DNA from: an uncultured Nitrososphaerales archaeon
Lineage (GTDB): Archaea > Thermoproteota > Nitrososphaeria > Nitrososphaerales > Nitrososphaeraceae
Direction: 5' to 3'
Length of the DNA: 64,000 nucleotides
Assembly: GCA_963709405.1 (NCBI GenBank)
Contig: CAVPXM010000020.1
Span: 32,001-96,000, forward strand
In this document: positions 1 to 11,997 of the stretch, piece after piece
How the letters are laid out: the number at the start of each line of letters is the position of its first letter
Numbering within the stretch: position 1 is the stretch's first letter
Program-made: the position numbers and the translations under genes
The notes under the pieces: model-generated
What the model was told of the DNA's origin: nothing
Database searches by the model: none
What the model saw: the letters and a program-made list of their open reading frames with translations, nothing else

Positions 1-12
1 TTCGTAAAACGT

Positions 13-370
13 CTATGCTGTTATTTGTCTTCTCTCAAGTTCCTGTAATCTTCCAGTTATAGCCATAAGTTGGTCTGACAAATGTGCTATTGCATCATCT
101 TTCATTTTATCGTGCTGGCTTAGATGATTGATTTAATTCTTCTAATTCTTCCACCTCTGTCTGTATATCTGCACCTTGCCTTTCTTGTTGATGGACATTT
201 AGAAATATTAAATAAGGTTCTATTTAGCAAAATATCTCTTCTTTTTTCTGAATTCTTTTTACGCCAATAAGTGGAATCGGAATGTCCTATAAAATATTCC
301 GAGTAATCTGTATATCCGAGACCAGATATGATAGCCTTTACAAATCTTCCAAGTGAAACGTGAGTTCTGT
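13..370 (-). pseudogene. Tyrosine recombinase/integrase C-terminal relic
   Basis: Manual translation across frameshifts: ELTFH..GRFVKAIISGLGYTDYSEYFIGHSDSTYWRKK...IEPYLIFLNVHQQERQGADIQTEVEELEELNQS...DKMKDDAIAHLSDQL; H-x-x-R, GH and catalytic Y region plus the coiled-coil tail seen in Nitrososphaeraceae integrases. Confidence 0.75.
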
Positions 371-661
371 CGGCCTGTCATCATCTCGTATTGTCATATG
401 AAGGTGGGTTGATAATGATGACGTGGAATATTATTGCTAGAGTATACGGCAAACCCCACATTTTCTGTATGAAAGAATTTTAGATAACAGAGATGAGTGT
501 GACGTAATTCAAGCTAATGTCAAAATTCAAAAATTTGCCATAGAAAACCAAATAGATTTAACTAAATCTGTTACTCTTAAGTTAGATTCTCTACTACGAC
601 CAGTACCCATCAGACAAAAATAGCGCAGGTTATAAATCTGGTTTTGCTCACTATGTAGTAG

Positions 662-1483
662 GTGCAAAGATTGCTGATGCCTCAAAGAGATATATCAGCC
701 AGAACGATAACGAATTTGCTAAACATAGTGAAAACTTCAATTAAGAATATAAACGATGGTTTTGCTTCAGTAGTGCCACAAACAACGCCGCAGCCTATTC
801 CTACTCCAAGTCCACAACTGGCGCCATCAGGTAACCTCGACCAGTTTGGTATCAAATGTATTTACAAGAGCAAACCAGATGGCAGGGTAGTAACAAATCC
901 AGATATAAGATTCTTTACTCGACATTATAGATCAAGAAAAGCAGATGACCCAACAGTAGAATGTACTCTAGATTCAACGGTACCAATTACAAACCAAGAG
1001 TGTACTGCCATAATCAAGATGAACGGCATGATTCATCCTGATACTATAGACTGGAAAATGAGAGGTGGACATCACTCTTCTGACAATGGAGGAAAGGATG
1101 GAACCTGCTACAGCTTGGAAATAATGTCAGATGGCTCACAAGATAAGTATCTGGAAGTAGAAAGACCGCACCCATCGATGCATAACTGTACAAAATTTTG
1201 TAAGCCTCTGCTCAAACTACCGGATATTAGTAACGCAACGTTTGGTTGGAAAGGTATTGTAATCAATAGTGCAGATAACAAATCAGTACATTTAGAATCA
1301 TGGGTTAATCTGACACCAGACGACCAATCAAAGTGGCAGAAATATATCGACGTAACTGATACGGGCCAACTCACGCAGGGGTTAATACTACAATGTATAG
1401 GCACGAGGGCAACAATCAGGATAGACGGTATAAATGGACATCCCGAATTTGCAAATGTATCTATGAGAGAAATTACTCTCTAA
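662..1483 (+). CDS. Hypothetical protein, Pro/Thr linker plus beta-rich domain (KMRGGHH motif)
   Basis: 273-aa ORF; motifs DQFGIKCIY, KMRGGHH, FGWKG, IRIDG, SMREI; paralogous relic immediately downstream on the other strand. Confidence 0.7.
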   Translation: MQRLLMPQRDISARTITNLLNIVKTSIKNINDGFASVVPQTTPQPIPTPSPQLAPSGNLDQFGIKCIYKSKPDGRVVTNPDIRFFTRHYRSRKADDPTVECTLDSTVPITNQECTAIIKMNGMIHPDTIDWKMRGGHHSSDNGGKDGTCYSLEIMSDGSQDKYLEVERPHPSMHNCTKFCKPLLKLPDISNATFGWKGIVINSADNKSVHLESWVNLTPDDQSKWQKYIDVTDTGQLTQGLILQCIGTRATIRIDGINGHPEFANVSMREITL

Positions 1484-1553
1484 ATTAGACTAGTTGGTAG
1501 TTCATTTTACTTTATTTTCATTTTTTTAAATAGATTTTTATTTGCCAGACGAT

Positions 1554-2340
1554 TTATTCGGTGTCAAGAAGACATATCCTCATGCTACGGTTCATGCAAA
1601 GTACTTCTCATATCCAGCAAAGAGGAGAATTCAATCCAAATAATCGACCGGCTCTATTTTGATTGTACATATAACGACCACTATAAATTTTAGTACTAAC
1701 AATTTATACGGTCTGTAAAACAAATATAACATCTATTAGTTGTAGTGTTGTCTACATTATTCCAGGAAGTGGCTTTCATGCCAAACCATTTTCCGTCTTC
1801 CACGAAGAGTTGAAAGAACGGCTTCAATTTATAATACTCATAATTAGGATGGGATAATTCGCTTAGCCCATCTTGCAGTATGTCCAGAATTTAAAGCCGA
1901 AACGACAAGGGCTATAAAGCATCTAGGTCTGGTTTATCCTTATGGTGACCTCCGCCACGCATCTTGATCGAACATTCACTTTTGGGTCCTAATTTGTTGT
2001 TTGCTTTTAAAATAATTCTGACCTCTTGATTCTTCAGATTTCTTTTGTCTCCAATAAATCCTTTGTCTATCGCCTACCTCCAATCATTAGTCTGTTTCAA
2101 GGTAGATGCAAATATATTCAAACGGCAACTCTTGCCATGTTCTCCAGTGCTTTTATAAATCGTGTCATCAGACCTTAGACTCCAAAATTCGAAATTCTTT
2201 TCTTTTTTCCTGACAAATCCATTCTGGCTTTTGGCAGTAAAGTTATCCAAATTGTTCGGATCATGATTACCAAATACAAAATGAGAACCATTATCATTTA
2301 TAGGATAAAGCATTATTATCCCGTCATGATTATAAGTAAC
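1554..2340 (-). pseudogene. Degraded paralog of the 662-1483 domain family
   Basis: Fragments DGIIMLYP..., SIKMRGGGHHKD, ELSHPNY, KWFGMKATSWNN across stops and frameshifts; ends approximate. Confidence 0.6.
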
Positions 2341-2411
2341 ATTTTTTAGTTATTGATACTTGAGTTGGGTTATATCGAAATTTTTCAATTGTATTTTGTT
2401 TGTCGTTTAGA

Positions 2412-2609
2412 TTATTGAAAAATGATTTCCTTAACCATTCCTTCAAAGTCATAAGTCATACACATGTATACGACTAACTCATGGTAAATATATGCTAAAT
2501 CATTATCGACATTCTGAAATTTGCTTTTGGTTTCTTCGAGACCATCCAATACTCTTTTTTTATCGAATGTTGTAGTCTCACTAATAGATATTGTTTCGAT
2601 TATAATCAT
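2412..2609 (-). CDS. Small hypothetical protein
   Basis: 65-aa ORF with ATG, no recognisable motif. Confidence 0.3.
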   Translation of the reverse strand: MIIIETISISETTTFDKKRVLDGLEETKSKFQNVDNDLAYIYHELVVYMCMTYDFEGMVKEIIFQ

Positions 2610-2956
2610 ACAAGAATTTACTCTTTTTATTCCTTAAATAGCAAATCATTTTACATTTATTCTACAGCAATTAGCAGCTTTTGACTAGCAGCATATTCCA
2701 ATAACTTTTAACTTAAAAACTTATCGATTTGCGAGTTCGTCAGTAACATACCCATGAGCGTCACATGCTAGACATATATGTTTTTCTTTTTGCTTCAACA
2801 AATAATTTTTTCCATTACTTAGGGATCATTTTCTGATCTACAAAACAGAATGAGTTGTTTAAATCCTCAATGTCATATCAAGAAAGGTAAATAAAATAAT
2901 TTCCCAGCTAGATGTTGAAGATAATTCATATTCACGAGAGAAAGGACATGAAGGGT

Positions 2957-4432
2957 TTATTCTATTATCTCCTTTAAGAAGATGGTGGGATCTAGTTGGG
3001 AAAATATCGACAGATCTATTTGAGATCCTGGTTTCATTATTTCTCTAAGATCCTTCCCCGATTCTTTGTTGTACCACCAGGTATCTCCAAATTTATTCCT
3101 CATGTGTGACTCCAATTCAGCTGCTCTTACAGCTGCGAGTAAATAGCTCGGAACATACATTATTGATTCAGGAAGGATGTGATGTAACAGCCAATACTGT
3201 CCAGGCATTTTAAATCCAGTATACTCTTTCATCAAACGTGTGTAAACTTCACAAGCCTCATCTACGGTTAGATTTCTATTCCAATATTCTAATTTCATCA
3301 GTGAATTGGCAGCATAAAATGTAACAAAAAATAATTCTAGAAATTTATTTCTTGCACAAATTTTGTTAATAATAACGTCATTCTCTTGACCAAAAAGTGA
3401 TTGCAAGTAAGTCCTATTCTTAGTTATCCTTTCAAAGAGGATCGAAAATATCTCCGTTATCCCCATCGAAATTCTGTATTTATACCAATGAGGATTATTT
3501 TCATCTATCGAGCTTGCATGCATAGCATGACCTGTTTCATGAAAACATCCTTGTAAATCAAAATATGGACTTTCGCTCTTGTATAGAACTCTAATATCGT
3601 GAGGTATCTGTACAAAGAAGCAGATTGGTGAGGGATATTTATTCTTTCTATCTTCAATATCAAAATGAACACTACTCAAATCAAACTCCATAGCTCTTAG
3701 GATCTTCTTCACTTCGAATAATGGATTTATCGAAAGTCTAGATTCTATGTCAGAATATATTTTGTTTCGGAAAAAATAAAAGTCGTCATAGTATTCTGCT
3801 TCCCTATTTAAAATTGTCTTACTAACTTCATTCAATGCTTCTCTGAATGGATTTCTAGCCTTTTGCCCTAAAAATTTTACAAATTCAACTAAATAGTCAT
3901 ATGATATGTTTTCATTTTTTAAATACCCTAGAAGCGGATCTAGTCTTTGCTTTGCTTGAGTAGAGTCTTCCTTAATAGCAAATTCATATTCTTTATACGT
4001 TTCTTTTATTGAAGAGAACCTGCTTTCAATTAAAGGGCTAATGATATGAGTTTTGTTAATAAATTCATCGAATACTTCTTTTCTACTTACATCATTCTTC
4101 TCCTTACTATTAAATTGTCTCCAAGTATTCCAGTTGACCGGAATGCCATGGAATGTGTGCTTGGAGGATACTATAAGTTTATTCCTTGAGTTATGCAGTT
4201 CTAGTTCAAGGTTTTTGGTCTTGGAATAAGCAATATCTTCTATTGCACCAAGGAGAAGTGGAGTGGGGTAAGACAAATATTCAATAAAGATTTTGGAATT
4301 ATTGAGTCTTAATTCCGCTAGACGTTCCATCAATTTTTCGTTATGATCAAATCCGGCATATTGTTTATACTGCTCGTCATTCTCTGCAATCGAAATACTT
4401 TCATCTATTTTACACCATTGCTCAAGATTCAA
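2957..4432 (-). CDS. Zinc metallopeptidase, M3/M32-like gluzincin
   Basis: HETGH (HExxH), downstream Glu (ITEIFS), HHI...YVPSYLLA C-terminal motif; 491 aa. Confidence 0.8.
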   Translation of the reverse strand: MNLEQWCKIDESISIAENDEQYKQYAGFDHNEKLMERLAELRLNNSKIFIEYLSYPTPLLLGAIEDIAYSKTKNLELELHNSRNKLIVSSKHTFHGIPVNWNTWRQFNSKEKNDVSRKEVFDEFINKTHIISPLIESRFSSIKETYKEYEFAIKEDSTQAKQRLDPLLGYLKNENISYDYLVEFVKFLGQKARNPFREALNEVSKTILNREAEYYDDFYFFRNKIYSDIESRLSINPLFEVKKILRAMEFDLSSVHFDIEDRKNKYPSPICFFVQIPHDIRVLYKSESPYFDLQGCFHETGHAMHASSIDENNPHWYKYRISMGITEIFSILFERITKNRTYLQSLFGQENDVIINKICARNKFLELFFVTFYAANSLMKLEYWNRNLTVDEACEVYTRLMKEYTGFKMPGQYWLLHHILPESIMYVPSYLLAAVRAAELESHMRNKFGDTWWYNKESGKDLREIMKPGSQIDLSIFSQLDPTIFLKEIIE

Positions 4433-5209
4433 TCCACGTGATGTATCTTGTATGACATATTAACTATTGGCAAGGTGAATGGGTTACTGATAGTATCAGT
4501 AAATATTCCAGATTTAAATGGTGATTATATTAAAGTAAGATTTACTACCATGACCAGACATGTACCTAAATATATAAACTCGTGGATATATTCTTAGATC
4601 TAAACCAATCAAGAGATCATGTTAATCTCCTAGCTAAATGGCTCAAAACATTACTAATAGTCTCCTTTTGTGACATACAAAAAAGTTTCAATCCCGGTGT
4701 TCTAAGAGGTATACCGATACACTATCGTAGGAAGAGAAATGTTCAAAAAAGTTGGAAAAAGTATGATATTCATCAACGATCATGATCTATTGGTTTAAAA
4801 TAGTGTTACCCTAAATTCTGCGAGCTAACTGATGAATAAATCTCATAGATATATGCGAATAGTATCTTTGTGATGATGTCCATAATCTCTATTGAAAGGC
4901 TTATGAGAGCAACATTAGAATTCGGTGGCCTTATGCACGTAGATTACAATTTTTATCATCTACTTCCATCTGCATAATTTAGAAAAAAGTCAATTAATTC
5001 AATGGTAAGTTACTTGAAACAAGTGTTCAGGGCAAATAATACGTAAGAAAGGGAGAGAAAACCAGATTTTCATATAAATGAATAAAAAATACTCATACTA
5101 GCTAACCTGTGATATTCAAGATAAAGATTTGTTTTAATACTTTGTTGTACCGCTGAATTTTGTAAAGATAAAATAGATCTGGAACAAAAATTCTTACAAG
5201 AATCAGTTT

Positions 5210-6473
5210 TTGGCAAATACTATCAATTACAGCTCTATGAGTAAGCCATTCATAATTATGTCTATTATCCTTCTATTTATTGGATCATTTATTGGATCAA
5301 TCTGGATGATGTCTCTCTTCGGCACAAATCTCCCATTATGGCTCCATGGCACATTTCAACTTCATAAGATGTTACAAGTAGATGGTTTTCTAACATTGCT
5401 TATCATGGGAATAGGTTACATGATTATTCCAAGATTCAGAAATATACGCGTTGTTTCTGTGAAGCTGGCCTCTATTTCATTCATTTTGATACTTACATCT
5501 TTGATCTTCCAGTTTATACAATCAGTCGGAAATGACAAGAATTTGTTGACATGGATCATGATTTCAAGACTTTCAGGAGTCATTATCTTTCTAATTATAT
5601 TGTTCTGGACATTAAGAATTAGTCCAAAGCTTTTAAGGTTATCTGATTATTTTATTGCTCTTTGTCTAATTACTTTAATAACTGTTAATTTGATCGATCA
5701 ATCGCAATATGGATATTCAAATTCCTTAACTCATATTCAATTATGGCTATTTTTTCCAATACTCATGATTTTTGGAATTGAATATAAGACATTGCCATCC
5801 TTTCTCGGATATATAAGACCGCGGAAAACCTTAGCAATTGCTTCATTAGCTTCGATTTCTATTTGCATGATTTTAGGTGTTGCATCTATAATCTTCATAC
5901 ATACATTGTTACTTACAATAATTTTCAATTTTACATTATTTGTATCTGCTTTGACATTTGCAATTGCGATTTATGCATTTGGAGGATTTGATAATCAGGG
6001 AGATCCTGCTTCTTATTCATGGAGAGAAGAAGGCTCGTTATAACTTTACCGTCATTCATATTAAAATATCATTTTTGTTTCTTCTTATAGGTATTGCTAC
6101 AGCAATACTATTTAGTTTAGTTGGTCAATACTTTATTTTTTATGACCTTGCGATTCACATTATTGCCATAGGGTTCATCGGACTTACTATCGCTTTATAC
6201 TTACCTCTTATGCTTCCCCCAATAACTGGAAAAATAATTCAGTTTACTAATTTCAATAAAATTCCGCTACTTTTGATTATTATATCTTTGGGTATACGAG
6301 CAGCTGGAGATTATATTCTTGCCCAACCTTCATCTCCCTCCGAGTATGCTCTGAGTTCGCATCACATGTTGACATACTTTTTCGGCCTATCTGGATGGTT
6401 AATAGTAGCGGCTATGCTTGCTTTCGTCACAATGATACACAAATCTATGAGAAGCGAATCCTTTGTCAAGTAA
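5210..6473 (+). CDS. NnrS-like polytopic membrane protein (frameshift near 5995)
   Basis: Two overlapping hydrophobic ORFs; His-containing TM motifs LHKMLQVDGF..GIGYMIIPRF and IHIIAIGFIG. Confidence 0.55.
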
Positions 6474-6680
6474 CATACTAATTCATACGAATTGTTTTAA
6501 CCAGGATATCAAGATGTTAATGATTTTTCAACTACTTCTGATTCCCTTCTTAAACATAGATGTTGCAATCCCCACCAACCCGTGACCAAGATTATATAAT
6601 ATTACTACGAATGACTTTCTACGCCTTGTCGCCTTGGCTTATTAGTATTCATACTAACTGGCAATCGCAAATGTTGTAGA

Positions 6681-7421
6681 TCAAAATCCGGCAAATGCCT
6701 CACTAATTTCACTATGAATTATTCCTAAAAATTCTAAAAACCTGCTATCTTTTGATAGAATTGTTTTCATCGTACTTTCTAGCTCATATAATGAAAGTCT
6801 TGCATTTTCATCTGTTATATCAGGATTGCCAGTTAACAAATTTGATTCATTATACATTATAGTTAATTTAATACCTAAAATTTTTGCTTCCCGCCTTAGA
6901 TCGTGTTCTATTTTCCTGAGACCTAATTGCCTATCATCGAGCGATTTGAAATTAGATAGAGCATTTAAGGTTATACTACAACAATCATTTAAATACTGAG
7001 TTATAGTTGCATAGAATCGACCAGTACACTGTCTAACAGTGGTGGACTGAAGATATTGAAAGAGAAGGGTTTTTAGTATTAAGCTGTCTTGATTATCTCT
7101 CAATAGCTGTGGAGAATAATTCATAGTATTAGAAAAGATATAAAATAGCCCATAAGGAGTTAACTTGTAATATATTGAATCATGAAGAAACGATTGTTGT
7201 TGTATTTCTTTAATTAATCTAAATTCTTGGAGTCGTCTCATGACAGGAAATTCAGATTTGTATTGCGATGATAGTCGTTTTATCTTAAAGTGGGATACTA
7301 TCTTGTGTGCTGAAGATTCAGATGTATTCATAATTTTAAATAATAAGGATCTGTCGATTTCTCCAAGATTTGGTTTTTCATATCCAGATATTTCAGATAG
7401 GTATGCGGCATAATCATACAT
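6681..7421 (-). CDS. Hypothetical protein with N-terminal winged-helix-like region
   Basis: 246-aa ORF; RRLQEFRLIKE...YYKLTPYGLFY wing motif. Confidence 0.6.
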   Translation of the reverse strand: MYDYAAYLSEISGYEKPNLGEIDRSLLFKIMNTSESSAHKIVSHFKIKRLSSQYKSEFPVMRRLQEFRLIKEIQQQSFLHDSIYYKLTPYGLFYIFSNTMNYSPQLLRDNQDSLILKTLLFQYLQSTTVRQCTGRFYATITQYLNDCCSITLNALSNFKSLDDRQLGLRKIEHDLRREAKILGIKLTIMYNESNLLTGNPDITDENARLSLYELESTMKTILSKDSRFLEFLGIIHSEISEAFAGF

Positions 7422-8253
7422 TTAATATGGTCTGAATTTTTAAATAAATATAATAGATATTATCTTTACGAAATTCGTTAATATATAATTTTAATGTTAT
7501 ATCGAGTTATTAATGGTGTAGAGATAAGTAGTCTATAATTTCTTCGTTTCTCTGACATCCCGACTACATTAGTAGATTTTCTTGTAGCTCAGAACTTCAA
7601 TGAGAGTCTTTTCATATTTAATTTATAAGGATAAACCTTTGGATTATATGAAATCAAAGACAAATGAAATTCTGAATATGTCAGATCCTAACATGATTAC
7701 TGCTTATTCATGGGCGGCAGGATTATTATTTCAACAGGAATTACCTACTTCTTTGACAGATGTAGAGAAAAGGGCAAGGTTAGTAATCGAAATCAACACA
7801 CAGTTAATCCGAGGAGAAGGCACCTGGCATTCCCTCATTTAAGGCCACGCTAATAAAACATCAATATACAAAGACTCCAAAGTCTGCACTCTTTATGTGA
7901 GAAAAGCGGGGGGAATGATGCTTTTAGATTGAGTTCTTCTGTTGTTAGTAAACAAGGTGTTTTCACAGTTGGGTAGAATAACACCATCATTTCGACAATT
8001 ATATGAGGCTTTTAGCTCCAGAAAAGAGGAGATTTTCGGAATTAAATTCCAAAAATTAGCGGTGGTATTAAATAAGATAGGATAGACATGAGGATTTAAG
8101 CGACACCGACGGACTGGATGGTGGCTATAATTAGATTCTCTAACCTTAGAGTGTAACTAACCCGATTAGCAACAAAATTGATTAAAGTGTATTTAGAAAG
8201 TCCGTTATTTCCACTCCCATTTCAAAAAAAGATAGACGCATAGCGGAGGAGAT

Positions 8254-8898
8254 TTAATGGATTGTATTCACATTTTCGCAATTCGTGGACACAACATCAC
8301 CTTGAGATGGATTATAATCTATGACTGAGTCTACACCATCTCCACAGTCAAAATAATCTGCTCCAGGTCCTCCCTGAAGGATATCATCCCCAGTGTTACC
8401 ATATAAACGATCATTACCAAATCCTCCCACCAAGAGGCCGTCGTCTAGTCCTCCAACAAGGTTATCGTTTCCTCCATCTCCAAATAATTGATTATTTCCA
8501 TCTCCCCCATATACTGTGTCATCGCCAGGACCTGCAAACACCTGATCGTCACCCCCCAGAGCTGAAATTACATCATTACCAAGTAAACCAAAAATGATAT
8601 CATCATCTTCGCTCCCAATTATGTAGTCATCATGGTTGGTTCCACAGATTTTTTGGATTTGTACGCTAGTCTGTATTTGACCAACAGTAATAGTACTAGA
8701 CCCATTTTTAACTGCAGTTAAATTTCCAGTAAAGATAGGAGGTGTAGATACAGCTTTTATAACGTTCCCATATTTTACGACTTCTGCTCTAGGTACAGGG
8801 AAATTGAGGCTATCATTTACAGAGAGTGATGGAAAACATTCAAAAGAATGCTGAGTAACACAGTATCTTTCCCTACACCAGAAGATGTGGTCATACAA
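8254..8898 (-). CDS. Hemolysin-type (RTX) calcium-binding repeat protein
   Basis: Tandem GGxGxDxL nonapeptides; C-terminal DYFDCGDGVD...NCE; true start uncertain. Confidence 0.85.
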   Translation of the reverse strand: MYDHIFWCRERYCVTQHSFECFPSLSVNDSLNFPVPRAEVVKYGNVIKAVSTPPIFTGNLTAVKNGSSTITVGQIQTSVQIQKICGTNHDDYIIGSEDDDIIFGLLGNDVISALGGDDQVFAGPGDDTVYGGDGNNQLFGDGGNDNLVGGLDDGLLVGGFGNDRLYGNTGDDILQGGPGADYFDCGDGVDSVIDYNPSQGDVVSTNCENVNTIH

Positions 8899-9200
8899 TT
8901 CGAACTCATATTAGGTTTGTGATTGCTAGTTTCTAATATGGTGGTTTAGATTTCTAACTATTTTACTCTCCTTATTTCTTATCTGGCAGATATCGCTATT
9001 ATGTAGCTTTACCTCTTCTGCGATTTCAAGTAGGAGAACTTTATGGTAGAGACCTACATACCACGTCTGACAGCATGCCTTTCTAGACGATTATAAGCTA
9101 TTCTGGATACACAAGAATAGGATTTTCTTTAAGATAGATAATTTTTCGTTTCGATATGGACTACGACACAAGAACATGCGTGCTACTGGCATTAGTACTG

Positions 9201-9737
9201 CTAATCTAACTCTGCTGATAATCTTTTAATTAAATATTCTATTGACACTGGTTTTTCGATATAACATCCGAGACTCGCATTAGGATATACTTCTCTTAGA
9301 GCATGAATATTTATTTCTAATGAGGACATAAAACATACTCTAATATTAATATCTAGTCCAAGTATCTTTTCACATAACTCAAAGCCGTTCATGTTTGGCA
9401 TATGAATATCAGTTATAAGAAGATCATAAAATTGTGGTTTGAATTCTTCCAATACTAATAGAGGATCGTTATATGTGTATACTTCAAACCTTTTCTTCTC
9501 GCCATCGCCATAATAACGACCATCTAAACCCGCTTTGAAAGTTAATGTAATGTCGGGATCATCATCTACGAGAAGTATCCTTTTGATAAATGGTGGCTTT
9601 GGAGATACTTTCGCTTCCGTTTCTAAGATGGTATGTAAGTTTGATCCATGATTTTGTAGACAATTAGGATCAGTAATAGAAGGAGAAGACTTGGATAGGT
9701 AATGCTCGCTGATGCAGACGATCACCATCGTTACCAT
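9201..9737 (-). CDS. Stand-alone response regulator receiver protein
   Basis: ILLVDDD, DIHMPNMNG (phospho-Asp), IEKP. Confidence 0.9.
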   Translation of the reverse strand: MVTMVIVCISEHYLSKSSPSITDPNCLQNHGSNLHTILETEAKVSPKPPFIKRILLVDDDPDITLTFKAGLDGRYYGDGEKKRFEVYTYNDPLLVLEEFKPQFYDLLITDIHMPNMNGFELCEKILGLDINIRVCFMSSLEINIHALREVYPNASLGCYIEKPVSIEYLIKRLSAELD

Positions 9738-9984
9738 AAGAATGATAAAATGAACTAATCCACATTGTGCCTATTTGTCCCTATTTTTCTTGCAGATATT
9801 TAGCTACATCGATCAAGGATGTAGCAAATCTAGTATGCTCGCAATCTGACGATGAATCTGGCGAATTACAGTAAAGAAGTTGATCTTTAAAAATTATCTC
9901 TGCTATGACATTTCTTTGAGTATCTCTTATGAAAAGACTTCCCCCGTGACTTCCAGCGTAATTCAGATGACTGAATGGCTTGTA

Positions 9985-11135
9985 AGTGAAGTGTCTAAGT
10001 TTATGTCGTTATTTGCTCATTACATAACGTAGATTTCGAAATAATTATAGCTTGGGACAAATCATATTTTTATTCTACGAATCACCCTTCCAAACTCATA
10101 CTTACCATACTACAGAAGAATAAGTTAAAGTCATTTCTGAGGAATACGAATAACAAAAAGGAATACCGCAGGTTACTGGCTATACTCCAAAAAGTTGAAG
10201 GTAGATCTTATGCAGATATAGCAAATGAACACGGAGTCAGCAGCAGGTCTGTACAAAGGTGGATTGCTGCATACATTAAGAAAGGAATTGATGATGGAGT
10301 AAGGATGAAGAAACCTGGTGGATCGAAGTCCAGCATAACAGACGAAAACAAAGAGATTATCCTTTCAGCATTATTTAACGATCCGCATATCTTTGGTTAT
10401 CTAAGGAATACGTGGAGTCTAAGGTCGCTGGCAAGGTGTCTTACAGATGAGCTTGATATTCCAATCAGTTTCAAACATCTACAAAGAATAACTAAGGATA
10501 TGGGGATTAGATGTAAAAGACCAAAATTGGAACTATTACATGGACCTGATTATGAAGAAGGGAGAAAAAGAGTGGATAACTACAAGCAAGTAGCATCAGC
10601 TCTGAAAAAAAGGAGTGATGTTAGTATTTGAAGATGAAACTACGATAACACAGAAACCATGTATACGCAAGTCCATGAGTTTTGAAGGCCAGCAACAAAG
10701 GATAGAACATAATGGAAGTAGAAACAAGTTCTCCATATACATATCCATGTTATGGCCAGATAAGAAATTGATGTATGATTTCTATAATGAGATGAACTCT
10801 ACGAATACCATAGATCATCTAGAGAAGCTCAGGAAACATGTCATGAATATCAGATGGAAAAGATTAGTCGTCATCTGGGATCATGCTTCATTCCATATCA
10901 GTAAAATGACGAATGACTATATCAATGTACAGAAACATTGGCTTACCATGATCTATCTTCCAAAGAAAGCTCCATATCTGAACCCGAATGAAAGAAAGGT
11001 AAACCAGCTGATAAAGTCATATTAGTGTGCAAATAGGTTTTATGAGCATATAGAAGACCAGAAAACCGCGGTATCAGAATTTCTAGATAATAGATTTGGA
11101 AGATGGAATAATGACATTTAATGTGACACTTGACT
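9985..11135 (+). mobile_element. IS630-family insertion sequence, type A copy 1
   Basis: TIRs AGTGAAGTGTC / GACACTTGACT, flanking TA at 9983-84 and 11136-37; orfA HTH (to 10631) and orfB DDE (FEDE..WDHA..LNPNE, 10615-11025, premature stop); A7 run at the junction. Confidence 0.9.
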
Positions 11136-11204
11136 TAGCTCTTCCTGTACAAAGAATATGACAATTCCATCAATAATATGTAAGTATACTTATCTTAATT
11201 GGTA
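11136..11204 (-). mobile_element. 69-bp left-end fragment of IS630 type B
   Basis: Reverse complement of 20370-20438 with one terminal mismatch; followed by TA. Confidence 0.85.
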
Positions 11205-11238
11205 TAGCATATTTCATCCTCATTTGAATTCATTCTAA

Positions 11239-11303
11239 AATAACCTAGGTAATAGAGAAAATAGAGGTAAGCAGCTGGAAATAATGATAATATGACGGTA
11301 ATA
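11239..11303 (+). promoter_or_regulatory. Degenerate heptamer array upstream of HTH/coiled-coil gene
   Basis: GGTAATA 11248, GAAAATA 11257, GGTAAGC 11266, GATAATA 11286, GGTAATA 11297, then TATA-like TTTAAG near 11315. Confidence 0.45.
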
Positions 11304-11353
11304 GGTCTTAGCACCTTTAAGATTCACTCTTACATATATTAGATATAAGAAAT

Positions 11354-11997
11354 ATGATCGGCTTGACAAGACAAGAAAAAGAAAATCGCGTTTTAGACCT
11401 TTATTATAAGGAAGGAAAGACTTACGCCGAAATAGCCAAAGAGGCACGAATATCTCTGCGTGATATAGGACCTATTCTAAAAAAATCTGGATCAGACCAA
11501 TCTTTATCTAATTCGTCTCAAGCCTACCTCCTATTTTCAGAAGGTAAATCTCCAATCCAAGTGGCTATTAAATTAGGCCTCAAGGAGCCCGAAGTGCATG
11601 AATTCTATAAGCAATACTGGAAACTACAACAACTTTATAGTCTTTATCAGGTTCATGAACATGTTAAAGAGGATATTTGGACCTTCGTAGAACTCTACAG
11701 ATTGATGAGAGCTGCAGGTATGGATCTAAAGCATGTCAAAAAACTTCTCGAAATTGCTAACAATGATTTGCCAAGCGTACAGGCTAAGTATGAAGGATTA
11801 CGAAGAGAAGTAGGTCTCTTAGAATCAAAGAAAGAGAGTCTTGAGAAACAAATATTTGATTTACACTCGACTTTGGTTCAATATCGTACATTAAAGAAGA
11901 ATCAGCTCTACTAGACACCCTGCATCAAGAAAGATTTGAACTGAAAGAGTCTTGAAGGCAATTCGAGAATAGTTACGAACTGCGTATCGACATTAAA
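11354..11997 (+). pseudogene. HTH + coiled-coil family protein, N-terminal half
   Basis: MIGLTRQEKENRVLDLYYKEGKTYAEIAKEARISLRDI; paralogous to 41127-42124 and 48257-49420; homology continues past 11914 in a shifted frame to ...FENSYELRIDIK. Confidence 0.75.

Noticed and set aside
7600-7842. 80-aa ORF
   Set aside because: No motif or context support
10600-10631. Programmed -1 frameshift in IS copy 1
   Set aside because: orfB is in the +1 frame here (unlike copy 2), so a base is probably missing through mutation or sequencing error
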